A stretch of 64,000 bases of DNA from Candidatus Zixiibacteriota bacterium (lineage in GTDB: Bacteria; Zixibacteria; MSB-5A5; GN15; JACZUZ01). The notes under the pieces are model-generated. The model saw nothing but the letters and a program-made list of their open reading frames with translations, had not been told where the DNA came from and did not search any database. The stretch lies in the NCBI GenBank assembly GCA_024280835.1, contig JAJRPJ010000006.1, positions 358,098 to 422,097 of the forward strand, written 5' to 3'. This document shows, in pieces, positions 1-9,575 of this stretch (position 1 is its first letter; each line of letters starts with the position of its first letter). Made by a program: the position numbers and the translations under genes.

Positions 1-1
1 T

Positions 2-532
2 GAACATATCCGCCAAGACGCATCAATCGAGAGCATGGCCAAGTTGCGCACTGTCTTCAAAAAAGATGGCGTAGTGACAGCTGGTAATGCCTCAGGAATT
101 TGCGATGGCGCCGCTGTTGTCGTGGTCGCCAGTAGGGAAGCCGCCGAAAAACACGGTTTGAAAATCCTCGGTACTTTGAAATCTTATGCTATCTCAGGTG
201 TCGAGCCAACTTTGATGGGTATCGGGCCAGCGCCTGCGATTCGTGACGCAGTCAAGAAAGCTGGTTCAGAACTTGACGCGATGGAAGTCATCGAAGTCAA
301 TGAGGCCTTTGCGCCGCAGGTTGTAGCAGTTGAGCGTGAATTAGGAATCAAACGTGAGGTACTAAACCCCAACGGCGGTGGAATTTCACTAGGACATCCG
401 TTGGGCGCATCAGGCGCACGTCTAGCGCTGACAACTTTGTATCACATGCGTCGCAACAAGCAAAAACTTGGCGTTGCCTCACTATGTATTGGCGGCGGTC
501 AAGGCATCGCGACAGTTTTTGAATGTCAGTAA
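2..532 (+). CDS. acetyl-CoA C-acetyltransferase (thiolase), C-terminal part; 5' end lies outside the window
   Basis: The frame stays open to the left edge. Thiolase C-terminal signatures NEAFAPQ, NPNGGGISLGHPLGASGAR and CIGGGQGIA are present. Stop TAA at 530-532. Confidence 0.9.
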   Translation, partial: EHIRQDASIESMAKLRTVFKKDGVVTAGNASGICDGAAVVVVASREAAEKHGLKILGTLKSYAISGVEPTLMGIGPAPAIRDAVKKAGSELDAMEVIEVNEAFAPQVVAVERELGIKREVLNPNGGGISLGHPLGASGARLALTTLYHMRRNKQKLGVASLCIGGGQGIATVFECQ

Positions 533-593
533 TGTTACACACAAACTAGAAGAAGCAGTTTTTAGAAATAGCTATATACAAAGGAATGAAACA

Positions 594-1505
594 ATGACAC
601 CGGCAACAGAAGAAGCGACAGGAGCCGCAATTAGTGACGGCGCCGCAAAAGATATCAAGAAAATTGGCATAGTTGGTTGTGGTTTGATGGGACGTGGCAT
701 TGCCCAAGTAGCCGCGCAAACTGGCTATACAGTTCTTTCACACGAGACAGACAAAAAGTTTTTCGACAATGGCTTCAGCGCTATCACCAAGTCACTGGAA
801 AAAAGAGTCGCCAAAGGCAAACTTGAAGAGGATGCCAAAAACAAAACTCTCGCGAATATCTCATTCGCCGCGTCACTTTCTGACTTTGCTGACTGTGACT
901 TTGTCATCGAAGCCGTCACCGAAAACATCGAAGTCAAGAAAGCGATTTTCAAAGAACTAGACGGCATTTGCAAACCGTCATGTATCTTTGCTTCGAACAC
1001 CAGCTCAATTCCAATTTCCGATATGGCGATGGTCACTAACCGCCGTGACAAATTCGTCGGCACACATTTCTTCAATCCAGTGCCAGTGATGAAACTTCTA
1101 GAGGTTGTCAAATCAATCGACACCTCCGACGAAACAGTCGAGATTGCGCTAGACCTCGGAAAATCAATGGGCAAGAAAACTGTTACCGCCAAAGACACTC
1201 CTGGCTTTATCGTCAATGTCCTCTTGGTGCCATACTTGCTTGATGCCGTTCGTCAGTTGGAAAACGGTTTGGCTACCGCTAAAGAGATCGACGACGCCAT
1301 GATGTTCGGTTGTGGACATCCAATGGGACCGTTGACACTACTTGATTTCGTTGGTCTCGATACAACTTTGTTCATCGCTGATATCATGTTCGAAGAATTC
1401 AAATCTGTGCATTATGCCGCGCCACCATTGCTTCGTCGCTTGGTGAATGCTGGTTACAATGGCAGAAAAGCTGGTCGTGGTGTTTACGATTACAGCGGGA
1501 AATAG
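594..1505 (+). CDS. hbd: 3-hydroxybutyryl-CoA dehydrogenase (3-hydroxyacyl-CoA dehydrogenase family)
   Basis: Rossmann motif GIVGCGLMGRGIAQ, plus NTSS and FFNPVPVMKLLEV motifs. ATG 594 is preceded by AGGA. The ORF-track start at 468 overlaps the thiolase gene and is unlikely. Confidence 0.9.
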   Translation: MTPATEEATGAAISDGAAKDIKKIGIVGCGLMGRGIAQVAAQTGYTVLSHETDKKFFDNGFSAITKSLEKRVAKGKLEEDAKNKTLANISFAASLSDFADCDFVIEAVTENIEVKKAIFKELDGICKPSCIFASNTSSIPISDMAMVTNRRDKFVGTHFFNPVPVMKLLEVVKSIDTSDETVEIALDLGKSMGKKTVTAKDTPGFIVNVLLVPYLLDAVRQLENGLATAKEIDDAMMFGCGHPMGPLTLLDFVGLDTTLFIADIMFEEFKSVHYAAPPLLRRLVNAGYNGRKAGRGVYDYSGK

Positions 1506-1512
1506 GTCGTCT

Positions 1513-2292
1513 ATGAAATACGAATTAATCAAAATCGAACAGGACGGTCATGTTGCAACTTTGACTATTGATCGTCCCGATGCGCTCAATGCGCTCAACG
1601 CGCAAATGATCTCAGAGATGCAGTACTGGTTGCGCAGTGTTTGGTATGACGAAACCATCCGCGTCATTATTGTCACTGGCGCAGGCAAAGCTTTCATCTC
1701 TGGAGCCGATATCGCCGAGCTGGCGACAATGGGTGTTCAGGACGGCATGCGGAAATCCGCTACTGGCCAACATTTGATGAAATCATTTGAGAATATTCCA
1801 AAAGTAGTCATTGCCGCAATTAACGGTTTCTGTTTTGGTGGCGGTATGGAACTCGCGCTGGCATGTGATATTCGCTTGGCTTCAGAGAAAGCCCGCATGG
1901 GATTACCCGAAGTCAAACTCGGAATCATCCCTGGTTATGGCGGCACACAGCGCCTAGCCAGACTAGTCGGCGCCGGACGAGCCAAACAAATGATTTTCAC
2001 TGGTGAGTTTTTCAAAGCCCAACAGTGTTATGATTTTGGAATTGTTCAGGAAGTTTATGCGCCAGAGGAGTTGGCTGACAAAGCCAAAGAGATGGCCCAG
2101 ACCATCGCCTCGCGTGGACCTTTGGCGGTAACAGCCACCAAGGAGTGCATCAATCGCGGACTGGATATGCCGCTTTCAAACGCCTGCGACTTCGAAAAAA
2201 TCAGTTTCGGTGCAATTGCCGCCTCGGCTGATATGAAAGAGGGCCTCAACGCCTTCCTAGAAAAACGCGAAGCGGATTTCAAAAACAAATAG
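1513..2292 (+). CDS. short-chain enoyl-CoA hydratase (crotonase family)
   Basis: Crotonase signatures GAGKAFISGADI and AAINGFCFGGGMELALACDIR. ATG 1513 lies 8 nt after the hbd stop. The track start at 1447 overlaps hbd. Confidence 0.88.
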   Translation: MKYELIKIEQDGHVATLTIDRPDALNALNAQMISEMQYWLRSVWYDETIRVIIVTGAGKAFISGADIAELATMGVQDGMRKSATGQHLMKSFENIPKVVIAAINGFCFGGGMELALACDIRLASEKARMGLPEVKLGIIPGYGGTQRLARLVGAGRAKQMIFTGEFFKAQQCYDFGIVQEVYAPEELADKAKEMAQTIASRGPLAVTATKECINRGLDMPLSNACDFEKISFGAIAASADMKEGLNAFLEKREADFKNK

Positions 2293-2325
2293 CAGTTTGT
2301 TTGTAGAATTATATTGAGTTATCAA

Positions 2326-2357
2326 GAGGGCACAGTGAGCTGTGCCCTCTTTTTCTT
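2326..2357 (+). terminator. intrinsic terminator after the thiolase-hbd-crotonase unit
   Basis: GAGGGCACAG / CTGTGCCCTC 10-bp stem with a TGAG loop, followed by TTTTTCTT. Confidence 0.85.
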
Positions 2358-2482
2358 GCTCAACTATTGAACAGCAATGTTAGATGATAAGTCGCAAGAA
2401 AGCGGCGATACGACTAACAAGGGCCGATACAGAGCTTAGAGACTATCAATCACAATATTAGCATATACAAAGAGGCAGGAAC

Positions 2483-2971
2483 ATGTCTACTCAAAGAATA
2501 ATCACTACACTATTTGCTCTTTTAGCAGTCTTAACACTCTCGTCATCAAGCGCCTTCGCCAAAGGTAAACCAGCTTTCGGAGCGCGTGTTGGCTTGAGTT
2601 CATCGCCAGACCAATTCGTCTTCGGCGTGCAGAGTTCATTTGGTAAAGCTGGCGGAGCCGCTGGTACTGCGGATTTTGTACCGAGTGTCGATCTTGGATT
2701 CGGTGATAATTTTACATCCTTATTGATCAATGGTGACCTACGCTGGTATCTCATGCGTCTACCAGAAACGGGTATCAAATTCTACGGCGCCGCTGGCCCT
2801 ACTGTGGCCTACTATTCCGCCAAAGGCGGCGGAACCGCAACCGAAATTGGACTGTCATTAACCGCTGGCGCGCGAATCCCGATGAAAGGCTATCGCAGCT
2901 ACAATGTCGAAGTTCGCTTCGGGTTCGGTGATATCCCAGATTTGAAAGTGATTCTGGCTTTGATGTTTTAA
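2483..2971 (+). CDS. small outer-membrane beta-barrel protein (OmpW/OmpA-like porin-family fold)
   Basis: Signal peptide ending SSSAFA, alternating beta-strand pattern, Gly/aromatic-rich, C-terminal residue Phe (LALMF). Confidence 0.65.
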   Translation: MSTQRIITTLFALLAVLTLSSSSAFAKGKPAFGARVGLSSSPDQFVFGVQSSFGKAGGAAGTADFVPSVDLGFGDNFTSLLINGDLRWYLMRLPETGIKFYGAAGPTVAYYSAKGGGTATEIGLSLTAGARIPMKGYRSYNVEVRFGFGDIPDLKVILALMF

Positions 2972-2996
2972 GTAGATACCAGTAGTCCTCGCTGTT

Positions 2997-3047
2997 ATGT
3001 CGGGTCTTGCTGCTGATTTTTAGTCAGCAGTGTGACCCGACATTTTA
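2997..3047 (+). terminator. long hairpin terminator after the OMP gene
   Basis: ATGTCGGGTC (2997-3006) pairs with GACCCGACAT (3034-3043). An inner GCTGCTGA/TCAGCAGT stem follows, then TTTTA. Confidence 0.7.
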
Positions 3048-3127
3048 TACTTCCCGCCCCCAAAAAAAATAATTACAGCCGCCTCCAACTTGCCTCATCC
3101 ATCGAAAGCCCCTAAACTACTGCCGCT

Positions 3128-4165
3128 ATGAATCCAGCCAAGAACTTCTATACAAATCTGCCAAAACCAGCTTTCGTCTTGGCCCCTCTCGAACAAGTCA
3201 CAGATGCGGCTTTTCGTTATATAATTGCCAAATACGGCAAACCGCATGTCCTCTACACCGAATTCACCTCCGCCGACGGACTCTGTAGCCTAGGTCTCGA
3301 ACGGCTAATTCCCGACTTACGTTACACAGAATCCGAGCGTCCAATTGTCGCTCAGATTTTTGGCAAAAGACCAGAGACAATGCGTCATGCCGCCGAAATT
3401 TGCCGCAAGCTCGGTTTCGATGGGGTAGATATCAATATGGGGTGCCCCGAAAAAAACGTTTGTAAAACTGGCGCAGGGGCTGGAATGATCAATGATCCAT
3501 CACTAGCGAAAGAATGTATCTACGCTGTCAAAGAGGGCGCAGGAGGTTTACCTGTTTCAGTGAAAACCAGAATTGGCTTTACCGAGATAACGCTCGAAGA
3601 ATGGGTCAATCACTTACTGGAAACAAAAATAGCGCTGACAACTCTACATCTTCGCACACGCAAAGAGATGTCCAAAGTTCCTGCGCATTGGGACAAAATC
3701 CATCGCGCAGTCGAATTGGTCAAAGACAGCGGGACATTGCTCTATGGCAACGGCGATGTCGAATCGTTAGAGCAGGGGCAGAGTCTTGTTGATGAAACTG
3801 GTGTTGATGGAGTGATGTTCGGCAGAGCAATTTTCGGGAACCCTTGGTTATTCAACCCAAGAGTCGCTCGGGAAGATTTGTCGGTTACCGAACGCTTGCA
3901 TGTATTGCTCGAACATGCCTATGTTTTTGAGCATTTCTTCGCCGACACTCGCAAACATTTCTTGATAATGCGTTCGCATTTTCACGCCTATGTCAACGGC
4001 ATGCCCAGCGCCAAGGAACTACGAATCAAGCTTACCCAATGTTCCAGCGCAGACGAGGCCCATGCTGTTGTCCGTGATTATATGGACAAGCCATTCGTTT
4101 TTGATCCTCCTGCGATACACTCCAAGCCCAATCTCGAAGAGTTACGCGAAATCTTTGCTGTTTAG
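3128..4165 (+). CDS. tRNA-dihydrouridine synthase (Dus family)
   Basis: Dus motifs LAPLEQVTDAAFR, DINMGCP and VSVKTRIG, with a FMN-binding TIM-barrel pattern. Confidence 0.85.
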   Translation: MNPAKNFYTNLPKPAFVLAPLEQVTDAAFRYIIAKYGKPHVLYTEFTSADGLCSLGLERLIPDLRYTESERPIVAQIFGKRPETMRHAAEICRKLGFDGVDINMGCPEKNVCKTGAGAGMINDPSLAKECIYAVKEGAGGLPVSVKTRIGFTEITLEEWVNHLLETKIALTTLHLRTRKEMSKVPAHWDKIHRAVELVKDSGTLLYGNGDVESLEQGQSLVDETGVDGVMFGRAIFGNPWLFNPRVAREDLSVTERLHVLLEHAYVFEHFFADTRKHFLIMRSHFHAYVNGMPSAKELRIKLTQCSSADEAHAVVRDYMDKPFVFDPPAIHSKPNLEELREIFAV

Positions 4166-4300
4166 GTTACAGAGAGTCCCCAATAGGCGATATCTTTGAC
4201 TCTTCACTCAATAATTCGTCGTCTATTTGGTTGCCTCTCACATGCAAATCCAGTTAATTATAATCCATAGGCTGGCCCAGAAAACTATCTGGGCCTCCAG

Positions 4301-5617
4301 ATGGAGAACTATACTACTATGAGTCAAAACTCAGATAAGACCGAACAAGGTCATCCAGATATCGCTTCACTAATTCATGAATGGAATATCGGTGGAGACG
4401 GTTCAGCGGGGGTTGAATACCCTGATATTCACTTTGTCGACGAAACTTTGAGAGATGGCCTGCAGTCGCCATCAATCACAGATCCAGACATTGATCAAAA
4501 AATCCGTATGCTCCATCTGATGGAGAATCTTGGAATTGACTGTGTCGACTTGGGTTTGCCGGGATCTGGACCTCGCGCAGTAGCAGATATCACCCGTCTG
4601 GCGAAGGAAATCAAAGACAACAATTTCAAAATCAAAGCCTATTGCGCAGTCCGCACTCACCCTGCGGATATCAACCCTTTAATAGATATTTCACTAAAAG
4701 TCGGAATGCCCATCGCCGCTGCGGCGTTTATTGGCTCCTCCCCGATTCGTCAATACGCCGAGGGCTGGACTGTCGCTGATATCATCAAGAAATCTGTCGA
4801 AGCGGTTAAACTCGCAGTCGACAATGGCTTGCCCGTGATGTATGTCACTGAAGACACCACACGCGCCACTCCAGATGATATTCGCTCTCTTTACAAGGCG
4901 GCAATAGACAATGGCGCCGAGAGAATTTGCATTTGTGACACCTGCGGCTATGTCACACCTACGGGTGTGCGCAATTTGCTCAAGTTTGTTGGCGAGGTTA
5001 TTACCGAAACTGGGGCTGACATCAAAATCGATTGGCATGGTCACAACGATCGCGGACTCGGTGTCTCGAACTCTCTGACAGCGGTCTATGAAGGTGTCGA
5101 CAGAGTGCATGGTACAATACTTGGCATCGGTGAACGAGTCGGAAATGCCTCACTTGATCAAATTCTGGTGAACCTAAAACTCAATAGAGCCATCGATCGC
5201 GATTTGACATCACTTGCTGAATATTGTGAACTAGTGCGCGAACATTGTCATGGCCCGTTGCCGAATAATTACCCTGTGATGGGAGCCGATGCTTTTCGCA
5301 CTGCAACTGGAGTCCACGCCGCGGCAATTATCAAAGCCGAAGCCAAGGGTGATCACTGGTTGGCCGACAGAGTATATTCCGGCGTGCCAGCTGGGGATTT
5401 CGGCAAAGAGCAAGTCATCGAAATCGGTTTCATGTCTGGTCTCTCCAATGTGAAATACTGGCTGCGCAAGCATGAGATTGCCGGCACAGAAGAAGAGTTA
5501 CTCGAAATCGCCGAAGCAATATTCGCAATCGCCAAGTCACGCAAAGAAAATCTGTCCAATAGTGAAATCCTTGATATAATAGAGAAATGCAAAGCTGAAG
5601 CGCCAAGCGCAAAATAA
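4301..5617 (+). CDS. HMGL-like 2-oxoacid:acetyl-CoA condensing enzyme (2-isopropylmalate / homocitrate / Re-citrate synthase family), short form without LeuA regulatory domain
   Basis: DETLRDGLQSP and HGHNDRGLGVSNSL metal-site motifs. At 438 aa it is too short for a LeuA with the C-terminal allosteric domain. Confidence 0.8.
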   Translation: MENYTTMSQNSDKTEQGHPDIASLIHEWNIGGDGSAGVEYPDIHFVDETLRDGLQSPSITDPDIDQKIRMLHLMENLGIDCVDLGLPGSGPRAVADITRLAKEIKDNNFKIKAYCAVRTHPADINPLIDISLKVGMPIAAAAFIGSSPIRQYAEGWTVADIIKKSVEAVKLAVDNGLPVMYVTEDTTRATPDDIRSLYKAAIDNGAERICICDTCGYVTPTGVRNLLKFVGEVITETGADIKIDWHGHNDRGLGVSNSLTAVYEGVDRVHGTILGIGERVGNASLDQILVNLKLNRAIDRDLTSLAEYCELVREHCHGPLPNNYPVMGADAFRTATGVHAAAIIKAEAKGDHWLADRVYSGVPAGDFGKEQVIEIGFMSGLSNVKYWLRKHEIAGTEEELLEIAEAIFAIAKSRKENLSNSEILDIIEKCKAEAPSAK

Positions 5618-5704
5618 AACCTTGCAAAACAGACCATTACAAGACTAAGCAAACTGAAGTACTACAAGTTTGTAGATTTTCGTTTGAAGCGCCATAATAT
5701 ACCC

Positions 5705-7726
5705 ATGAGCAAAACTACAAAACAAAATACCAATTCTCGACCAATGACACTCACCGAGAAAATTCTCGCTGATCACGCAATCGGACTCCGCCGTCCATAC
5801 GTCAAACCCGGTGACATCATCCGCATCAAAGTCGACTGGACTATCGCCTCTGAGTTAGCTTGGAATGGCATGAACCAAACTTATGAGCGGCTTGGCAGAC
5901 CACCGATTCATGACCCCGAAAAGTTCTATCTAGCGATTGATCACACTGTTGACCCAGTCACCATTGTCAATGATCCACGCACACAGCGTCTCATCCAACT
6001 GTCAAAGGCCTTTGCCTCTGAAGCCCAGTTGAAGCATTTTTATGATTCCAACGAGACGATTCTGCACACCAAGTTCTATCGCGATTTAATTCAGCCAGGT
6101 GAAATAGTTCTGGGGGCCGACTCACACACTTCTTCACATGGTGGACTCGGCGCTTTCTCCATCGGTTTAGGTGGCGCTGATATTACAGTGGCTATGGCCC
6201 TTGGTGAAAGTTGGATAGAGGTGCCTTCGGCGATTGCAATTGTCTTCAATGGCGCTTTGCCTTTTGGTGTTGGTGGCAAAGATGTAATACTCAAAACACT
6301 CGGTTTACTAAAACGCAATACCGTTGCAATGGAACGCTCAGTCGAATATATCGGTCCAGCGGTGAGTGAGTTCTCAACTGACATGCGCTTCACAATTGCA
6401 AATATGACCGCCGAACTTGGTGGACTCAATGGAATTTTTGCGCCCGATGAAGTTGTCAGCGCGTGGGTGGCGGGCCGTGAAAGTTACAATACAGGCGGCA
6501 AATATTTCAAAGCCGCTGAAGACGCCGAATATGTCGAACGATTTGAAATCGATCTGAACAACCTTTCGCCACAAATCGCAAAACCTTTCTCACCAGATAA
6601 GACAGTCGACATTGAAGAAGTTCTCGGGACTGCCTTTGATGGTTGTTTCATTGGCGCCTGCACAACTACCGAAGAGGAATTAGTCCTCGGTGGCATGATT
6701 CTCGAACTAGCTCTTGCCGATGGAATCAAAGTCAAAGAGACCACCAAACGTCTTGTAGCTCCAGGTGATTTAACCATCGAGCGCAATTTGCGTGAAGCTG
6801 GTTTACTTGATGTTTACAGAAACGCTGGCTTTAGAATAGCGCCTCCAGGGTGTCACTTGTGCTTGGGAATCGCCTCTGAGCAAGCAGGTAGTGGAGAGAT
6901 TTGGCTTTCGTCACAAAATAGAAACTATCAGAACCGCATGGGCGAAGGCTCACTAGCTTGGCTGGCTTCAGCGGCGACAGTCGCCGCCAGCGCTTTGGAT
7001 TTAACTCTGCGCGACCCCAGAGCTTTCCTTGAGCGTATCGACCGAGAGCGCTATATGCGAATCCTTGGTAGATCAGACCTTGTGCGTCTCACACCCGATG
7101 TTTCGGTGACTTACAGCGAGCCACAAATTGATGTAGTTGAAAAAACCTCGGATGATGAAAGTGTAACTTCCAAAGAATCAGAACAACCAGCGCAACCTGA
7201 GCAGGTAATAGAAGGCCGCGTGCAAATCTTTGGCGATCACATCGACACCGATGCAATTATCCCTGGTGAGTTTTGCCATCTTTCAGATATTGATGAAATC
7301 GGCGCCAAGTGTTTTCACTATGTGCGTCCTGAGTTTATTGGACGCGTTAGTGACGGTCAAACAATTGTTGTCGCTGGTGAGGCATGGGGAAGTGGTTCGT
7401 CGCGTGAACACGCAGTCTGGGCGCTCAAAGGCGCAGGTGTGCAATTAGTAATTGCCAAAGGCTATGCCTTCATTCACAAACGCAACCTAGTCAACGAAGC
7501 GCTACCATATTTACTTGTGACAGATCCAGAGTTTTACAAACTCGTCGCCGAGGATGATGAACTCTCAGTGGATCCATCAAGTGGCAAGATTCTACATGTT
7601 GCTTCAGGCAAAACATTCACTGCCGAATCTCCGAGCGCGATTGTTGTAGCTCTGACAGCCGAGGGCGGCATAGTTCCGGCCATCAAACACTACAACAAAG
7701 AAGTCTTCGCCAAACTGGCTGGCTAA
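5705..7726 (+). CDS. aconitase-family hydro-lyase with catalytic (LeuC/Acn-like) and swivel (LeuD-like) domains fused in one polypeptide
   Basis: GADSHTSSHGG, IGACTTT, GCHLCLG and SSQNRNYQNRMG motifs, so all three Fe-S Cys ligands are present. An acidic linker is followed by a LeuD-like GEAWGSGSSREHAVWAL motif. ATG 5705 is preferred over TTG 5684. Confidence 0.85.
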   Translation: MSKTTKQNTNSRPMTLTEKILADHAIGLRRPYVKPGDIIRIKVDWTIASELAWNGMNQTYERLGRPPIHDPEKFYLAIDHTVDPVTIVNDPRTQRLIQLSKAFASEAQLKHFYDSNETILHTKFYRDLIQPGEIVLGADSHTSSHGGLGAFSIGLGGADITVAMALGESWIEVPSAIAIVFNGALPFGVGGKDVILKTLGLLKRNTVAMERSVEYIGPAVSEFSTDMRFTIANMTAELGGLNGIFAPDEVVSAWVAGRESYNTGGKYFKAAEDAEYVERFEIDLNNLSPQIAKPFSPDKTVDIEEVLGTAFDGCFIGACTTTEEELVLGGMILELALADGIKVKETTKRLVAPGDLTIERNLREAGLLDVYRNAGFRIAPPGCHLCLGIASEQAGSGEIWLSSQNRNYQNRMGEGSLAWLASAATVAASALDLTLRDPRAFLERIDRERYMRILGRSDLVRLTPDVSVTYSEPQIDVVEKTSDDESVTSKESEQPAQPEQVIEGRVQIFGDHIDTDAIIPGEFCHLSDIDEIGAKCFHYVRPEFIGRVSDGQTIVVAGEAWGSGSSREHAVWALKGAGVQLVIAKGYAFIHKRNLVNEALPYLLVTDPEFYKLVAEDDELSVDPSSGKILHVASGKTFTAESPSAIVVALTAEGGIVPAIKHYNKEVFAKLAG

Positions 7727-7803
7727 ATGTTTTCCATTGCCAGTGAGTCTGATACTTACCTTTTCGAGTTACCGACAGCGGCGTGATGGAAGAATATTGC
7801 GGG

Positions 7804-8376
7804 TCATGCTTCAGCGCTAAACACCCACCCTGGGGCTGAGTCTGTTTCCAAGCGAAGTATCATATTTAGTTGCGCTGCATGATGTTGAACGTGGCGCAAG
7901 TTGTAAAGCATTAGTTCAGCAATACTCAAATCCACACGCCCCAGAGCAAAACGCTCAGTAGCTCGCTCTTCGGACATAGTCAAGATTAGATTGCGGCATT
8001 TTTCACGGCAATATTCTAGATAACCCAACAACTCTTCCTTGGAGTAGATTCGCTCGGGCATGACTCCCGCAGGGTCAAGCTCGCTAAGTGTAAACGGCGT
8101 AGGAGGCTGGAAACTCTCTGGATTAGCTTTGAGATAGAAATCGAGAAAAAATAGCGTATGATAACTCATATACCAAAACTGATGAACCCGAGACTCATCA
8201 CCCCAAAGATTTTCAGGACAGGCAGTAATCGCATTTTTCAATGTATCGATGCTTGCTCCAAATTGGCGCCAAGTCAAATCTTTCCAAAAGTCGTGCATAC
8301 AAATTTCTCCAAAGTTATCGCTAGGGTATTCTGCGAATTGTACAATGCAGTCTACCAAAACTTTAGGAAGTTTCAT
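7804..8376 (-). CDS. DinB-family protein
   Basis: Four-helix DinB pattern with the conserved His triad region (LRHVQHHAAQLN). Confidence 0.7.
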   Translation of the reverse strand: MKLPKVLVDCIVQFAEYPSDNFGEICMHDFWKDLTWRQFGASIDTLKNAITACPENLWGDESRVHQFWYMSYHTLFFLDFYLKANPESFQPPTPFTLSELDPAGVMPERIYSKEELLGYLEYCREKCRNLILTMSEERATERFALGRVDLSIAELMLYNLRHVQHHAAQLNMILRLETDSAPGWVFSAEA

Positions 8377-8415
8377 ATCACATAAACTGACTTATTCATC
8401 AAGCTCATTACCAAA

Positions 8416-9540
8416 CTATTGCCCGTGAATAGCCGCGCCTGGATTGAATGGACTCCATGAGAACCAATAGGCGATATAGGAAGTTGTTGGCAGAAGTTCG
8501 GTTCCTGCGCGTGGCCCAGAAACAGCGCGGCCAAAAAGATCCCAGCTATTGCCTTCATTGTCAGTCATCACTATCGGCGCAGAGCCTTGGCTAGGTGTGA
8601 AGGTCAATTCAGTTCCGTCACTAAGCGCTCTTTGAAAGACCATGCCAAAGTTTTTGAGTTTGCTAGAAACCACAACGACTGGCATTCCATTGACTACGTC
8701 ATTGATAGTGGCAATTGTATCTGGGAAATTGCGAAATGGATAGACTTTACTTTTGGCTCCGACAATCAAACCGACAACGCGGTCTTTGCCGGGTAATCGT
8801 GTATCTGTAACATTCACAGGAAACAACAAGCGATTATTGTTGGACTTATAGTCACCATAAGGGAATGAACCATAAGGACGGCTAAAGCCAGTGTTAGTGG
8901 AAACCACAGCCGTTTGTGGGAATAATTCCTTAAAAGTTTTCCAAGTAGTTTCAATCATCTGGAAAGTTTCAATTTCTAAGCCAATTCGTTCGCCATTGAC
9001 ACTCTTCAATAGCATTTGCGACCAGACACTGCCTGTTTCTCTATCGAATGGCATCAAATTTGTATTGTAAAGCAATCCCGAAACACCAAAAGTGGTTTCT
9101 CGACCATTGAGTACTCGGTCCCAACCGATTGCCGTGCCTGTCAGCGGACAGTACGTGACAGTGAATGCCGTCGAGCCAATCTTATCATTAATTATTTCAT
9201 GCCAATCCAATATCGGATGTGGATAGGCGCGCACAACATCACCAACCCGCACTCCAATCACTAAATCCTGCTCCAAAAGATATGTGGCCTTGGCCGCTGA
9301 AATCATCTCAGGTGACAACAAAGCTGGGATACCGTCACGTCCTGGGCCGCCGTCAAATACTTCATTCGATGGAATTAACCAAGCGCCGTTGCCTTGTCCT
9401 GATCCAGCGCCGTTGCCTGGTCCTGAACCATTCGAAGAGCTGCTGCAAGAGCTGATGAGAGCAATTGCAATTATTGTAAACGTCAGAAACCCAAGACGTT
9501 CTTTCAATAGTGTCATTTTTTTCGAATTACCGTGAGTCAT
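8416..9540 (-). CDS. DUF3179 domain lipoprotein
   Basis: DGIPALLSP ... VRAYPHPILDWHEIIND ... TYCPLTGT block typical of DUF3179. Lipobox LISSC. ATG at 9540 is preceded by GAGGGG; the track start at 9570 is TTG. Confidence 0.75.
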   Translation of the reverse strand: MTHGNSKKMTLLKERLGFLTFTIIAIALISSCSSSSNGSGPGNGAGSGQGNGAWLIPSNEVFDGGPGRDGIPALLSPEMISAAKATYLLEQDLVIGVRVGDVVRAYPHPILDWHEIINDKIGSTAFTVTYCPLTGTAIGWDRVLNGRETTFGVSGLLYNTNLMPFDRETGSVWSQMLLKSVNGERIGLEIETFQMIETTWKTFKELFPQTAVVSTNTGFSRPYGSFPYGDYKSNNNRLLFPVNVTDTRLPGKDRVVGLIVGAKSKVYPFRNFPDTIATINDVVNGMPVVVVSSKLKNFGMVFQRALSDGTELTFTPSQGSAPIVMTDNEGNSWDLFGRAVSGPRAGTELLPTTSYIAYWFSWSPFNPGAAIHGQ

Positions 9541-9575
9541 ATGTCCCCTCTTGTAAGTCTTGCCATACAAGCTGT

